From: Azolla caroliniana
Taxonomy: Eukaryota > Plantae > Polypodiophyta
DNA length: 64,000 nt
Direction: 5' to 3'
Assembly (NCBI GenBank): GCA_043228905.1
Contig: JBHGNT010000005.1
Coordinates: 17,670,001 to 17,734,000, forward strand
Within the stretch, counting starts at the first letter, position 1; every line of letters begins with the position of its first letter. Below, piece after piece: positions 36,001-48,588 of this stretch. Under the pieces are notes generated by a model that saw only the letters and a program-made list of their open reading frames with translations, was not told where the DNA came from and did no database searches. A program made the translations under genes and the position numbers.

Positions 36001-38296
36001 CAGCCCATCCGCAGTCCTTCGCCTTAGTCCCCTCGCCGCCACCGTTCATTACTCTAGTTCTCACGCCGGCTCTCGGTCCAACCGCAGGAGTCTCCAGAAC
36101 CAGTGTGAAGGATCCTCCTAGGGCTCGTTGTATCTCTGACCTTTATCCCAAGTCGTCTTTCTCCGTAAGTCGAGAGGGTGGCTTGCTCCACACCCTTTCC
36201 CATGGTACCAACATACCGTGTTCCCGGCCTCCTCGTAGGCCTGCTCTCTCCTCCCTCCCGGATTGGTTATCCAGAAGTCCGCTCCGCCCGGTTCTCATCC
36301 GGGTCTGTCTATCATTCTCTGGATTGCCGGGTCCCATTCTGCTGCCGCCACCGTCAGTATCTTGGTCTTAAGTCGGATCCGATGCCGACTGCCAAAGTCT
36401 CTAGCCTGGTGTGAGGTGACCCATAGGACCGGTCTTCGTTCTCCGCTTCATCCCTTGTACTTCTCCCGAACTCCTTGTTGCTCTCCTTGCTATGCTCCCG
36501 CCTCCATCTTCCATCTCTTTCGGTCTCATGTTGCCATGCCGGCCGAACTACCGAAGTCTCCGGTCAAGATGTGGGGACACCGATTTCGTAACGACTCCCC
36601 ACGACTCATCCGAGGCCACCAACCCTTTTAGTGTTGTCCGTGGAAAGCATCCGCTCTATGATTGATCAAGCCGCTCATGGGCTTGATCCTCCAATGTCCG
36701 GATTTTTGGCTCCAAAGTCGATCCTGCCGGACTCATTCCGTACCCTCGATCATCTTCTTCCCGATTCCCGACCTTCGCCCGATCAGTCTTTCTCCCCATG
36801 TAAAAGAGGGTGGCTCATCCCGCACCGTCTCTCGTATCGGCATCGCCGTGCCCCCCTTGGCCTCCGAGTCGACCACGTCCATCTCGTCCGCGCGCCCGCT
36901 TCCTGCTGCGATGTCGCGCCGTCGCACACCACCTTCGTTTAACATCCGGGTGACCGCACTCTGTGACGTGCTCGGAGCTCCTCCTCTTTATGCTAGACGG
37001 TCAAGCCTTCGGTGAAACTCGTGGGACTCCGTCCCCGTTGTAACGGTTGACTCCTTCGACCTCGCCCATCTCGATGCGCCACTTCTTAACTCTCCTTCTC
37101 GAACTCCATCCTCCCTTTCCGCCCTTCATGTTGGGTTCACCAAATATGTCGCGGATATCCGCGCTTCCATGTCGGATCCGGGCGGGACCACCAGGGTCAT
37201 GGATTAGGAGGGGAGGAGTTGTCGGGGACCCGAATCTTTCGGAGCGTGCCACGTTGCCGGCCGGTTCGATCCCGAATACTCTCCGGACGTGACCGGTAAC
37301 CGCACGGGAAGCGAGAGAGCACAACCTCGTCCTTGCCACCCCTTTCGATCGTATGTACAAGGGGCCCAAAAGAGGCACGGGACGCGGCCCGGTTAACCGC
37401 GCCCGCACACACCCATATACACACCCGATTACATCTGGCACCTCTACACCGGCGACCACACACACACATGCTCTCGGACCCTACGCTAACCAGAGACACA
37501 CACACACGCACCTACACACGCACCGCTCGCTGCAATGCCAGTTCCACACGGAGGGGAAGAGGGAGCATGCACCCTAGGGCCAGTTGGGGAGCTCTCGGGC
37601 TCGTCCGCGCAACGGGACCCTCGTACAGAGCACACCTCTTCTAGAACGACCGCCTCTTGTTCCAAGCCACCTTCAAGGAGCGCACGGGCTTGCTAAACCG
37701 AGTGGGGTCTTGTGCGCCAAGGAGGGAGACCTGCCAATGAACCACCTAGCGTGCAGGCTCTACATAAGCGGCAGAAGCCAACACCTACACACACACTCGC
37801 AAACATGCCGGACGGCGGAGTGGTGAGAGCCAACGAGCAAGAAGTCGGGGAAAGCACAGACAGTCCGCACGCCACCTACCACAACCGAACACACCACCTA
37901 CGCACGCACACAGAAGACACTGAAACCGTAACAGAAAACAAAGACAACACACACTCTAAGATGAAACCCTAACAGAGCATAGAGAAAGACGTTATACACA
38001 AAAGTTCATTAACACTAATCGGAACCTCAAAACGAGGAACAAAACTGTTTGGGACCCAACAGGTGGGAACCCTTGTCCAAGAAGCGCACCCTCCCTTTTA
38101 TAAAACAAGGTGAGGGTCGCGTGACTATGTGGGATAAATCCTGTGATACATGGGATCATCCGTCCTGACTTTTTTGCCACTCAGCGTCATAAGGGCACCC
38201 CCATTTCCCTATACAAGTTTTACAAGAGTGGGTGCACATGGCGCACCTTGCCGATTCCTCCGATATTCCCCCCAGTTTCTCACTATGGCCCGGAAT
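33036..38296 (-). mobile_element. Non-autonomous LTR element (tRNA-Trp PBS, LARD-like)
   Basis: ~1.15-kb LTRs at 33036-34198 and 37147-38296 (the latter lacks its outer 10 bp). PBS TGGTGAACCCAACATGAA 37125-37142. PPT region GCGGTTTGGTGGGTGCGGA, like that of 41361-52947. No recognisable pol. Confidence 0.87.
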
Positions 38297-38690
38297 TTGT
38301 TGCAATTCTGTTGCACACGTCATTGCCAATTGTGAGTAAAAATTTCTCGCACAGCCCGCACACCAGGCAGTGCTTCCACTGTGCTTCGAGTCTCAAGATG
38401 GGCGTAATCAACCACACAAGGGCTACAATCGCTCACGACAACGGTATGGACGACGATTCAACAACCAGTCATGCCACCAAGAGCAACCAACACAAGACCC
38501 ACCAGCCCCTCCCACACAGAACCCCATCCCTCGTTGTTTACACTGCAACCAATTGGGCCATTTTTCAGAATGACTACCCGTAATGTCCCACCACTGACAA
38601 TGGACCAACAGTCAACCTCGTACGACGGCTTTATCAAGCATGTTGAACCTGGTCCCAGACCCCAATTTGCGCGATGAACATTACCCTATC
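38297..38690 (+). pseudogene. Gypsy B gag fragment
   Basis: CCNSVAHVIANCE and CLHCNQLGHF knuckles parallel those in Gypsy A gag. Confidence 0.6.
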
Positions 38691-41600
38691 TGTTAGGAAA
38701 TAGGTCCCTCCGGATGGGAAATGAAAAGAACCAAGTTGATGAGCAACTCGGCCGAGGCCGAATCCGGAAATTGTGGAGATAGCCAACACGGAAGGCTAAA
38801 CTTGAAAATAGTCGAAAGGTATATAAGTACTTAGGGCAATCATGTTAGTAGTGTGCATTGTTGTAAAAGTTACTGTTGACGAGGTTGTTGCCTCCGAAAA
38901 CTGTGAGAGTGAACGAGTGTGAGTGGAAGCGTGTGAGCTCCATAGCCGCCTGTTACCGAAGCAGGATCTCGAGGTCGTTGCCTCTGATATCTCTAATTGT
39001 ATTCCTTTCTCTCATAGTGTTCTGTTCGGAGTTTGTGGACTCCACGTGGTTTTTACCAGTTCGGGTTTCCACGCTAAAATCTATGCCATTCTCAGTTTCT
39101 ATATTCTGTTCCTTTTTTTTCCATTAGATCGACTATTATTCCACACACGTACAACCGGTTGTGGCCGGCAACGATTTTTTTTAACTTCAAACTGGTATCA
39201 GAGCTAGCAACATAGAAAATGGAAGGAGGCGGGAGCGGCTTCCCAGGTATGATGGTTCTAAATTCACAGAACTATGCAGACTGGAATATTAAGATGGAAG
39301 ACCTTCTCATTGTAAAAGACCTGTACGAGCTAATCGATAGATTGGAAATACCAAAGGGGGTATTGGAGTCGGATTGGAAGCTTCTTAATAGGAAAGTCGT
39401 GGCCATTACATAAGTGTCCTTCAGCACGTGGCGAACAACACGAATGCCCACGAGATGTGGCAGAAGTTGTCGGGTCTTTATGAGAGGAAGAATGCGCTCA
39501 ACAGAACCTCATTGATGAGGAAAATAGTAAACCTGAAATACAGAGATGGCGAGAGCATGGTTGAACACGTAAGCACATTCATGGGGTATGTAAATCAACT
39601 TGCAGCGATCAAGTGCCCCTTGGATGATGCAATGTAGGCAATCATGATGATGTGTACGTTGCCGGAAAGTTGGTGGAACTTGGTGGTTACTCTCAACACC
39701 TCCTGCCAAGAATAGAACATGTCTTTGCAGATGGTGAAGACAAGCATCATGAACGAAGAGGCACGTCAAAAGGACAAGGAACCGATCCCCCATTCAAAAG
39801 CGCTCCTTTCCGAATCAGAACGTGGAAGACAAAGGAACCAAAGTCCCCAAAACCGGGAAAAATCAGGAACACAGTCAAAGTCAAGAGGGAGGCCTACTTG
39901 TTTCTACTGCGGGAAGTCGGAGCACTTCCAGAAGAACTGTCAGCATTTCCAGAAAGACAAGGAAATCAACATTATTGATTCGAAGAAGTCGTCGGACCAA
40001 AACGGTTTGGATCAGCAAGGGTAGGACCGGAAAGGATTGACGGCAATCACGGCAAACGAAGAGGAGCTAATGCTTATCACCGAGGAGAGCGATCTGAACC
40101 TTGCCGGCGAAGAGATGACCTACGTGGTCGATTCCGGAGCGTCGTTCCACCTAACCCCGGATAGAAAATGCTTCTCATCCTACTCGGTCGGTGACTACGG
40201 CCGTGTTCGGATGGGGAATGAAGGTGCATGCCGAATTGTCAGCATAGGAGATGTGTGGTTGACGACATCAACCGGATGCAAGATGTTGCTGAAGGATGTT
40301 CGACATGTTCCGGAGGTTCGATTGAACCTAATATCAGCCGGTCGGCTAGATGATGAAGGCTACATGGGTAGCATCCGGAACGGTGTTATGAAGTTCAGCA
40401 AAGGGAGCCTGATCGTGGTTCGTGCCCGGAAAGTCAACACTTTGTACCTGATGAATGCCCGGTTATGCCTGGAGGAAGTGAACGTGGCATCTGACACTGT
40501 CAGTGAGTTGTGGCACAAGAGGCTGTGTCACATGAGCGAAAAGGGGATGAAGAGGCTTGCAGACGACAACCTCATTCTAGTGAAGAACGTGCACTTGGAG
40601 AAGTCCACTGATTGTTTGGCCGGTAAACAAAATCAGACCTCCTTTCGATTGAGGCCACCAATGAGATGTAATGCACCACTGGAGTTGGTGCATACTGATG
40701 TGTGTCAAGTGGACACGAAGTCACATGCCGGATCGCAGTACTTCGTGACGTTCATAGATGACCACAGCCGGAAGCTGTGGGCCACACCGTTGAAGACGAA
40801 GGATCAGGTGCTATCCGTCTTCAAAAAGCTCCACGCGAGAGTGGAAAGAGAAACCGGCCGGAAGCTGAAGGCAGTTCGAGTAGATAACGGAGGAGAATAC
40901 CGAGGGCAGTTCGAGGAGTACTCTCGCTCAAAGGGAATCCGGCTTGAATTTACTGTGCTAAAGACGTCGGAACTAAACGGGCTGGCCGAGAGGATGAGCC
41001 GAACCATAATGGAGAGGGTTCGGAGTATGTTGGCGCATGCAAAATTACCCAAGACGTTTTGGGCTAAGGCACTGTCAACGGCAACATATGTGATAAACAG
41101 ATCACCCTTAGTACCCTTGGACGGAGACACGCCGCAGAGAGTCTAGACCGGTAAGGAAGTGTCCTACCGGCATCTGAAGGTATTCGAGTGTCTTGCGTAC
41201 GTGCATGTAGCTAAGGACCGGAGAGGAAAGTTAGATCCAAAGACCCGGACATGCATATTCCTCGGTTACGGCGACGATGAGTTTGGCTACCGAGTGTGGG
41301 ACCCGGTCCACCAGAAAGTATTCCAGAGTCGAGATATTATCTTCATGGAGGACAAGACGCTGTCGTGAAGAAAACCGGTCATAGGCGGAATCGGACTGAA
41401 AGCGCGTAGACCGGCCCCTACACGGATGGACGCGTGACTGGATACTTTGTACGCGAACCGGTGGATGTGACTACTAAGCCACACGCATTTATTAGAAGGG
41501 GATTGTGCGTATCCCAAAGGGGGACAAGGAATAAAAGGCAAGAGGGGAAGAGAAAAAGGGATATCGCGCACGAGGAGGTTGAAGGAGGTTGCTGCAGAAC

Positions 41601-41883
41601 GGAAGGCGGATCTCTCTCTCCTCAACTCGAATCGTCGCTCTCCGCGGGTGTCGGGAGGTCGCTGCCTCTGCTTCGTGGACAGCCCGTGTGCTTCCAAAAG
41701 AGTCGCTCCAATTCCCCTTTTGTTTCTTTGAGTCGGTGACTGTCGTCGGTGTGCGTGAGTAGGGTCCCCGTGTCGGGCCCATCGCCGCTTTGTCGGTTGT
41801 AACTATCGGAGTTTGTAATCTCTGTCATTATAATTAAGCGTTACATTTTGTTTCTCTCTTTCTCGCGTCGACGTGTCGGTGAA

Positions 41884-41982
<99 letters not shown>

Positions 41983-42089
41983 CCTCGGTCCAAGACCCCC
42001 GTGGTCCCGCCCCTTTCTACACGTACGCGCATAACAAAGCGACATCTTTGGTGAACCCGACGTGAACAGGGCGGCAAAGGAGTCGAAAG

Positions 42090-43207
42090 ATGAGGGGATC
42101 GGAGCTAGCAGAGGCAATGGCGGTGGCCGTCGACCGGCTGGTGAGCGCTCGTGAGGGAACAGGTACCCTCGACAAAGCCATTAAATCGATTGTCGGCTCT
42201 ATAGGCCGTTTCGGAGGGAAAGACGCCACAAGATATTTGTAGGCTTACCGGGCCGAGATGATCATGAGGGATATCCCGGTGGATAGGCGGCTGTTTGGAT
42301 TCCCTTGGGTGGTGACGTCGGGCATCCACGTGGAGGTGCTCGAGGTGCTGGCCGGATGCCAAACTTGGGAGGAGTTCGAGCTGCAGCTCCTCGAGAAGTA
42401 CGGGTTTGACGACTCGCTCCGGCTGTCGAGGTGGGACTTCATGGCGTGGGTGAAAAGCCCCAGAAAAGGGAGGAACACGTCGGTGCTCCTCCAGGAGTTC
42501 GAAAAACAGTTCGCGCGGCTGTCGACGCTGGACCGGACGGTGCTCGAAACAAGTCGAGTAGTGCTGTTTGTCAAGTCGGTGGATGCGCTTGACAAAGAAA
42601 AGGTGGGGCCCCTATTGGAAACGGACGAAGGGCTCACGACGGACTGGGCCGTGGTAAAACGGGTCTGCAGCCGTTTCGACAAACGGCACGATTGGAGCGA
42701 CGGAAGCACGTCGGGGTCGGGGCCAGTCCCGGGGAGGAGGCTCGAGGAGCCGGTTTCGGTGCCGGCTGGGAGGAAGGAAGAGACCCGAATCTGGCCGGAG
42801 TCGGGGTCGGCATCGAATGACGTGGTCAGAGGCCCATCCGGAGGAGCGGCTCTGGAGGAGCTAACACAGATGGTGTGCGACCTGCAGATCGTACAGGCCT
42901 GAAGAGACAACGGTGAACAACCTCGCGACCAGAGCCCGCCGGCTGGGTAGCGGTGCATGTGGTGTGACGCGATTGGTCACATTCGGAAGGACTGCGCTGA
43001 TTTCTACAAGAAGGGTAAATGGCCAATCAACACCAAGCATGGTTGGAAGATACGGGCAGCGAAGCGCGCCACGGAAGAACTACATGGGGCCTGTCCGAAC
43101 GTACGGGTGAAAATCGGCGATGTCGAGATCAACCAGCACTTCTTCGTGCAGGAGACGTCCTCGCATCCGGTTATACTAGGAGAACCATATATCACGGCGG
43201 CACGGAT
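42090..43207 (+). pseudogene. Gypsy C gag and partial protease
   Basis: ORF 42258-42902, CMWCDAIGHIRKDC knuckle, VILGEPY. No D[ST]G motif is visible, suggesting an internal deletion near 43005. Confidence 0.75.
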
Positions 43208-43470
43208 TGTCAAACACAGTGCTCGGCCACCACCGAGGAATAGGATCAACTTACAGAAAACAGGAAATACAAAATGCACGAAGACAATAGAGAGAAGAGT
43301 ACACAGGATGTTTTACGTGGAAAACCCTAAGTGGGAAAAACCACGGGAGTCCTCAAACTCCAACTATCACTATAAACAGAGATGTACAATGATGAAGCTA
43401 CAAGGCAACAACCCTGAGCTCACTGTCTTCGCCACAGGCGGCGGTAATACACAGAGGCAACGACCTCTTC

Positions 43471-43503
<33 letters not shown>

Positions 43504-46500
43504 CTGCTCACTTAGCTCCCTCTAAGTGGAAAACAGAAAGATGAGCAACAACAACAAACTGTTTGCCCTAAGTCATATTTATACACATATGACTTTCGGG
43601 CTATTTACAAATATAGCCTCAAGGGCCCTTGGCAAACATATTCACAGATATGTCCCCGCATCCGGATCTCTCTCCGGGTACATTCGTCATCCGGCTCCGT
43701 AGCCGGGGTCTTCATCATCCGGCTCCGTAGCCGGGGTCTTTGTCATCCGGCTCCCGGACATCTGACCATCCCATCCGGAGGGACCGTAATCCCAACAAAC
43801 TCCCCCTTCACTTCGGCATGGGATGTCTTTCCAGTCCGACCCTCTTCCGGCATGCTTCCAGCTTGTCGGGTGTGAGCACTTTGGTCAGCATATCTGACCC
43901 GTTCTCGTCCGTGTGGATCTTTGTCAGCACGAACTCCTGGTTTTCTATCCTTTCCCGGATCCAGTGATATCTTCGCTGGATGTGCTTCGTCCGGGAGTGA
44001 TAGGCCGCGTTCTTCGCAAGGTGGATGGCACTCTGACTGTCGCAGTGGAGTCGGTGCTCCTCCTGCCGGATACCGAGCTCTCTCATGAAGTCCTTCATCC
44101 ATATTATTTCCTTGCCGGCTTCAATAGCCGCCATGTACTCCGCCTCCGTGGTTGACAATGCAACCGTCTTCTGCAGCCTCGACTGCCACGAAACCGCTCC
44201 CCCTGCATACGTCATCACATACCCTGATGTGGACCGGCTGGTATCTGCATCAGCCGACATATCTGAATCGGTAAAGCCGTCGAGTTCGGGCTTACCGGAG
44301 CCGAATCGGAGGCACACGTTTGCCGTGCCCTTCAGGTATCGGAGTATCCACTTGACCGCGTTCCAGTGCTCTTTGCCGGGATTGCTCATGTACCGGCTCA
44401 CCACTCCGACTGCATATCCTATGTCCGGTCTTGTACACACCATTGCGTACATCAAGCTTCCGACGGCAGAGGCATATGGTACTTTCATCATGTCCTCCTT
44501 CTCAGCCTTTGTCTTGGGGCTTCGCTTGCTGGACAACTTGCAGTTTGCCGGGAGGGTTGACCCGACCGGTCTTGCTTCCGACATGTTGAACCGGTGAAGC
44601 ACTTTTGTCACGTACTTCTCCTGTGACAGCCACAACTGCTTCTTCTTCCGGTCTCGGATGATGTGCATCCCTAGTATTTGCCTCGCCGGACCCAGGTCCT
44701 TCATTGAGAAGGTTCGGTGAAGCGCTTTCTTCAGCATCCGTATCTTGACCTGGTCCCATCCGACGATCAACATGTCGTCCACGTACAGGAGGAGTATTAG
44801 AAAGTCTCCTCCTTCGAACTTCTTCACAAACATGCAGTGATCGGACTGTGTTTTGTGGTACCCTTCGTCGGTCATGAAGGAGTCGAACTTCCGGTACCAT
44901 TGCCGGGGAGCCAGCTTCAGTCCGTAAAGGCTCTTCTTCAACCGGCATACCAGGTGCTCCTTCCCTTTCTTCTCGAATCCTTCCGGTTGGTGCATGTAGT
45001 TCTCTTCTTCGAGGTCACCGTGAAGGAATGCCGTCTTCACGTCCATCTGTTCTACCTCGAGGTCCATGCTTGCCGCTATGCTCAGCACCATCCGGATGGA
45101 GGTCATCTTCACTACCGGGGCAAATATCTCGTCGAAGTCGACGCCCTTCTTCTGCTGGAACCCCTTCACCACGATCCTGGCTTTGTATCTCGGGGGGTTT
45201 CCGGCATCTCCCGGTTTCAGCTTGAACACCCACTTGTTTCGAAGTGCCCGCTTTCCTTTCGGCAACTCCACAAGTTCATATGTGTGGTTCTCATGCAGGG
45301 AATCCATCTCCTCTTGCATGGCACTTACCCACCTGCGGCTATGGGTGTCAAGCTTTGCTTCTTCAAAACTCTCCGGCTCCCCCTCGTCGGTTAGCAGCAC
45401 GTGCTCTGGTTCCGGAAATCTCCGGGGGGCCCTTCTCTCTCTTAGAGGATATCTCCGCTCCGGAGCTTCGGTAACCGGCTCCTCCGTTTCCTCTTCATCC
45501 GAATCCATTTCGGGATCGGGGCCGGTTCCGGTATCAGTTTCATCTTCCTCGGCCGGTTCTGTTTCTTCACCGTCTTCGGCCGGATCCTCGAGTGCTAACC
45601 GGTCCCTTTCCGGTCGGGACTGCTCCTCGTAGAGTTGATCCTCACCGGTCGACTTGGAGCTCTTCATCTTCTTCTCCGACTCCCAGTCGGCGAGTGTCTT
45701 GTCCTCCATGAAGATGATATCACGACTCCTGAATATCTTCTTGTCGACCGGGTCCCATACTCGGTAGCCGAACTCGTCATCGCCGTAACCGAGGAATATG
45801 CATGGCCGGGTCTTTGGATCTAGCTTTCCTCTCCGGTCATTTGCCACATGCACATATGCGAGACACCCGAACACCTTCAGATGCCGGTAGGATACTTCCC
45901 TACCGGTCCACACTCTCTGCGGCGTGTCTCCGTCCAAAGGTACTGAGGGTGATCTGTTTATCACGTATGTCGCCGTCGACATTGCCTCAGCCCTTGGGTA
46001 ATTTCGCATGCGCCAGCATACTCCGGACCCTCTCCATTATGGTCCGGTTCATCCTCTCGGCCAGCCCGTTCAGTTCCGGCGTCTTCGGCACAGTAAACTC
46101 GAGCCGGATTCCCTTCGAGCGACAGTACTCCGCGAACTGCCCCCGGTATTCCCCTCCGTTATCCGCTCGTATCGCTTTCAGCTTCTTGCCGGATTCCCTT
46201 TCCACTCTCGCGTGGAATTCTTTGAAGACGCACAACACTTGGTCCTTTGTCTTCAACGGTGCCGTCCACAGCTTCCGGCTGTGGTCATCAATGAATGTCA
46301 CGAAGTACTGGGCTCCGCCATGTGACTTCGTTTCTATTTGACACACGTCAGTGTGCACCAACTCCAATGGTGTGCTACGTCTCGTCGGTGGCCTTGAGTG
46401 GAAGGAGGCTCGGTTCTGCTTACCGGCCAGGCAATCGGTGCACTTCTCCAGATGCACATGCTTCACTGGAATAAGGTTGTCTTCTGCAAGCCTCTTCATC

Positions 46501-48167
46501 CCCTTCTCGCTCATGTGGCACAGTCTCTTGTGCCACAGCTCACCGGCAGTGTCAGCTGCCACGTTCAGCTCCTCCGGACATAGCCGGGAATTCATCAGGT
46601 ACAGTGTGTTGATCTTCCGGGCCCGAGCCACTATCAGGCTCCCTTTGCTGAACTTCATTACGCCGTTCCGGATGCTACCCGTGTAGCCTTCATCGTCTAG
46701 CCTCCCGGCCGAAATCAGGTTCAATCGAACCTCCGGAACGTGTCGGACATCCTTCAGCAGCATCTTGCATCCGGTTGATGTCATCAGCCACACGTCTCCT
46801 ATGCCGGCAATCCGGCATGTACCTTCATTTCCCATCCGGACACAGCCGTGCTCACCGGCTGTGTAGGATGAGAAGTATTTCTTCTCCGGGGTCAGGTGGA
46901 ACGACGCTCCGGAATCGACCACCCAGGTCATCTCTTCACCGGCAAGGTTCAGCTCCCTCTCTTCGGTAATGAGCATTATCTCTTCTTCACTTGCCGCGAG
47001 TGCCGTCGTTCCTTTCCGGTCCTGCCCTCGCCGATTCGGACCTCTCCGGTCCGTGGCTCCCCGGTATGCACCGTTTCGCTCCGGTGACTTCTTCGAATCG
47101 GTGTCGTCGGCTCCGTTGTCTTTTCGGTAATGCCGACAATTCTTCCGGAAGTGCCCCGGCTTCCCACAGTGGAAGCATGTGGGCCTTCCTCTTGACTGCG
47201 ACCGGGTCCCCGACTTCTCCCGTCTTTGCGGACTCCGGTTCCGTTGTCTTCCCCGTTCCGATTCGGTAAGCAGCGCCTTCGAGTCGGAGGCCGGTTCTTT
47301 ATCTCTCCGACGCGCTTCTTCGTTCAAAATACTTGTCTTTACCGTTTGTAGGGACAAGTTATCTTCGGTGCAGGAGGTGCTGAGAGTCACCACCAAGTTC
47401 TCCCAGCTTTCCGGCAATGTACACATCAGGATGATGGCTTGCATTGCATCCTCCAACGGGAACTTGATCGCCGCAAGCTGGTTCACGAATCCCATGAACG
47501 TGCTTACGTGTTCCACCATACTCTCGCCGTCCCGGTACTTGAGGTTCACTATCTTCCTCATCAGGGAGGTCCGGTTCAACGCATTCTTCCTCTCGTAGAG
47601 GCCCGACAGCTTCCGCCACATCTCATATGCGTTGGTGTCGTTCGCCACATGTTGTAGAACGCTCACGTCGACGTATTGCCGAATGGTTGCAACGGCTTTC
47701 CCGTTCAGAAGCCTCCATTCCGTCTCAAGTACCCCCTTGGGTATTTCCGACCTGTCGATCGGTTCATACAGGTCCCGAACAATGAGCAGATCCTCCATCT
47801 TTATCTTCCAGTCGGCGTAGTTCTGCGCGTTCAGCACCATCATCCCCGGCTGCCCGCTGCTGCCGCCTTCCATTTTCTGCACTGCCGTCGCTCTGATACC
47901 ACTTTGTCAAACACAGTGCTCAGCCACCACCGAGGAATAGGATCAACTTACAGAAAACAGGAAATACAAAATGCACGAAGACAATAGAGAGAAGAGTACA
48001 CAGGATGTTTTACGTGGAAAACCCTAAGTGGGAAAAACCACGGGAGTCCTCAAACTCCAACTATCACTATAAACAGAGATGTACAATGATGAAGCTACAA
48101 GGCAACAACCCTGAGCTCACTGTCTTCGCCACAGGCGGCGGTAATACACAGAGGCAACGACCTCTTC

Positions 48168-48210
<43 letters not shown>

Positions 48211-48588
48211 CTGCTCACTTAGCTCCCTCTAAGTGGAAAACAGAAAGATGAGCAACAACAACAAACTGTTTGCCCTAAGTCATATTTATACACATATGAC
48301 TTTCGGGCTATTTACAAATATAGCCTCAAGGGCCCTTGGCAAACATATTCACAGATATGTCCCCGCATCCGGATCTCTCTCCGGGTACATTCGTCATCCG
48401 GCTCCGTAGCCGGAGTCTTCATCATCCGGCTCCGTAGCCGGGGTCTTTGTCATCCGGCTTCGTAGCCGGGGTCTTCATCATCCGGCTCCGTAGCCGGGGT
48501 CTTCATCATCCGGCTCCGTAGCCGGGGTCTTTGTCATCCGGCTCCCGGACATCTGACCATCCCATCCGGAGGGACCGTAATCCCAACA
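43208..48588 (-). mobile_element. Copia 3: young full-length Ty1/Copia, same family as Copia 1
   Basis: LTRs 47905-48588 and 43208-43797. TSD CGGAT. Met PBS at ~47890-47901. PPT GAAGGGGGAG. Confidence 0.97.
43808..47882 (-). pseudogene. Copia 3 polyprotein, intact except for one 8-bp deletion near 45990
   Basis: ORFs of 631 aa and 733 aa. CCCAAGGG-CTGAGG here versus CCCAAGGGGTTTTGGGCTGAGG in Copia 1. Confidence 0.92.

Noticed and set aside
34415-37015. Many overlapping ORFs in the GC-rich interior of the LARD-like element
   Set aside because: No recognisable motifs; such ORFs are expected from GC content.
41803-42117. ER/SL-repeat ORFs
   Set aside because: They come from a (CT)n microsatellite in an LTR.
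44085-45632. Antisense ORFs conserved between Copia copies
   Set aside because: They are shadow frames of near-identical pol sequences.
48390-48550. 28-bp palindromic repeats resembling CRISPR repeats
   Set aside because: The units are head-to-tail with no unique spacers, lie inside a Copia LTR, and there are no cas genes.
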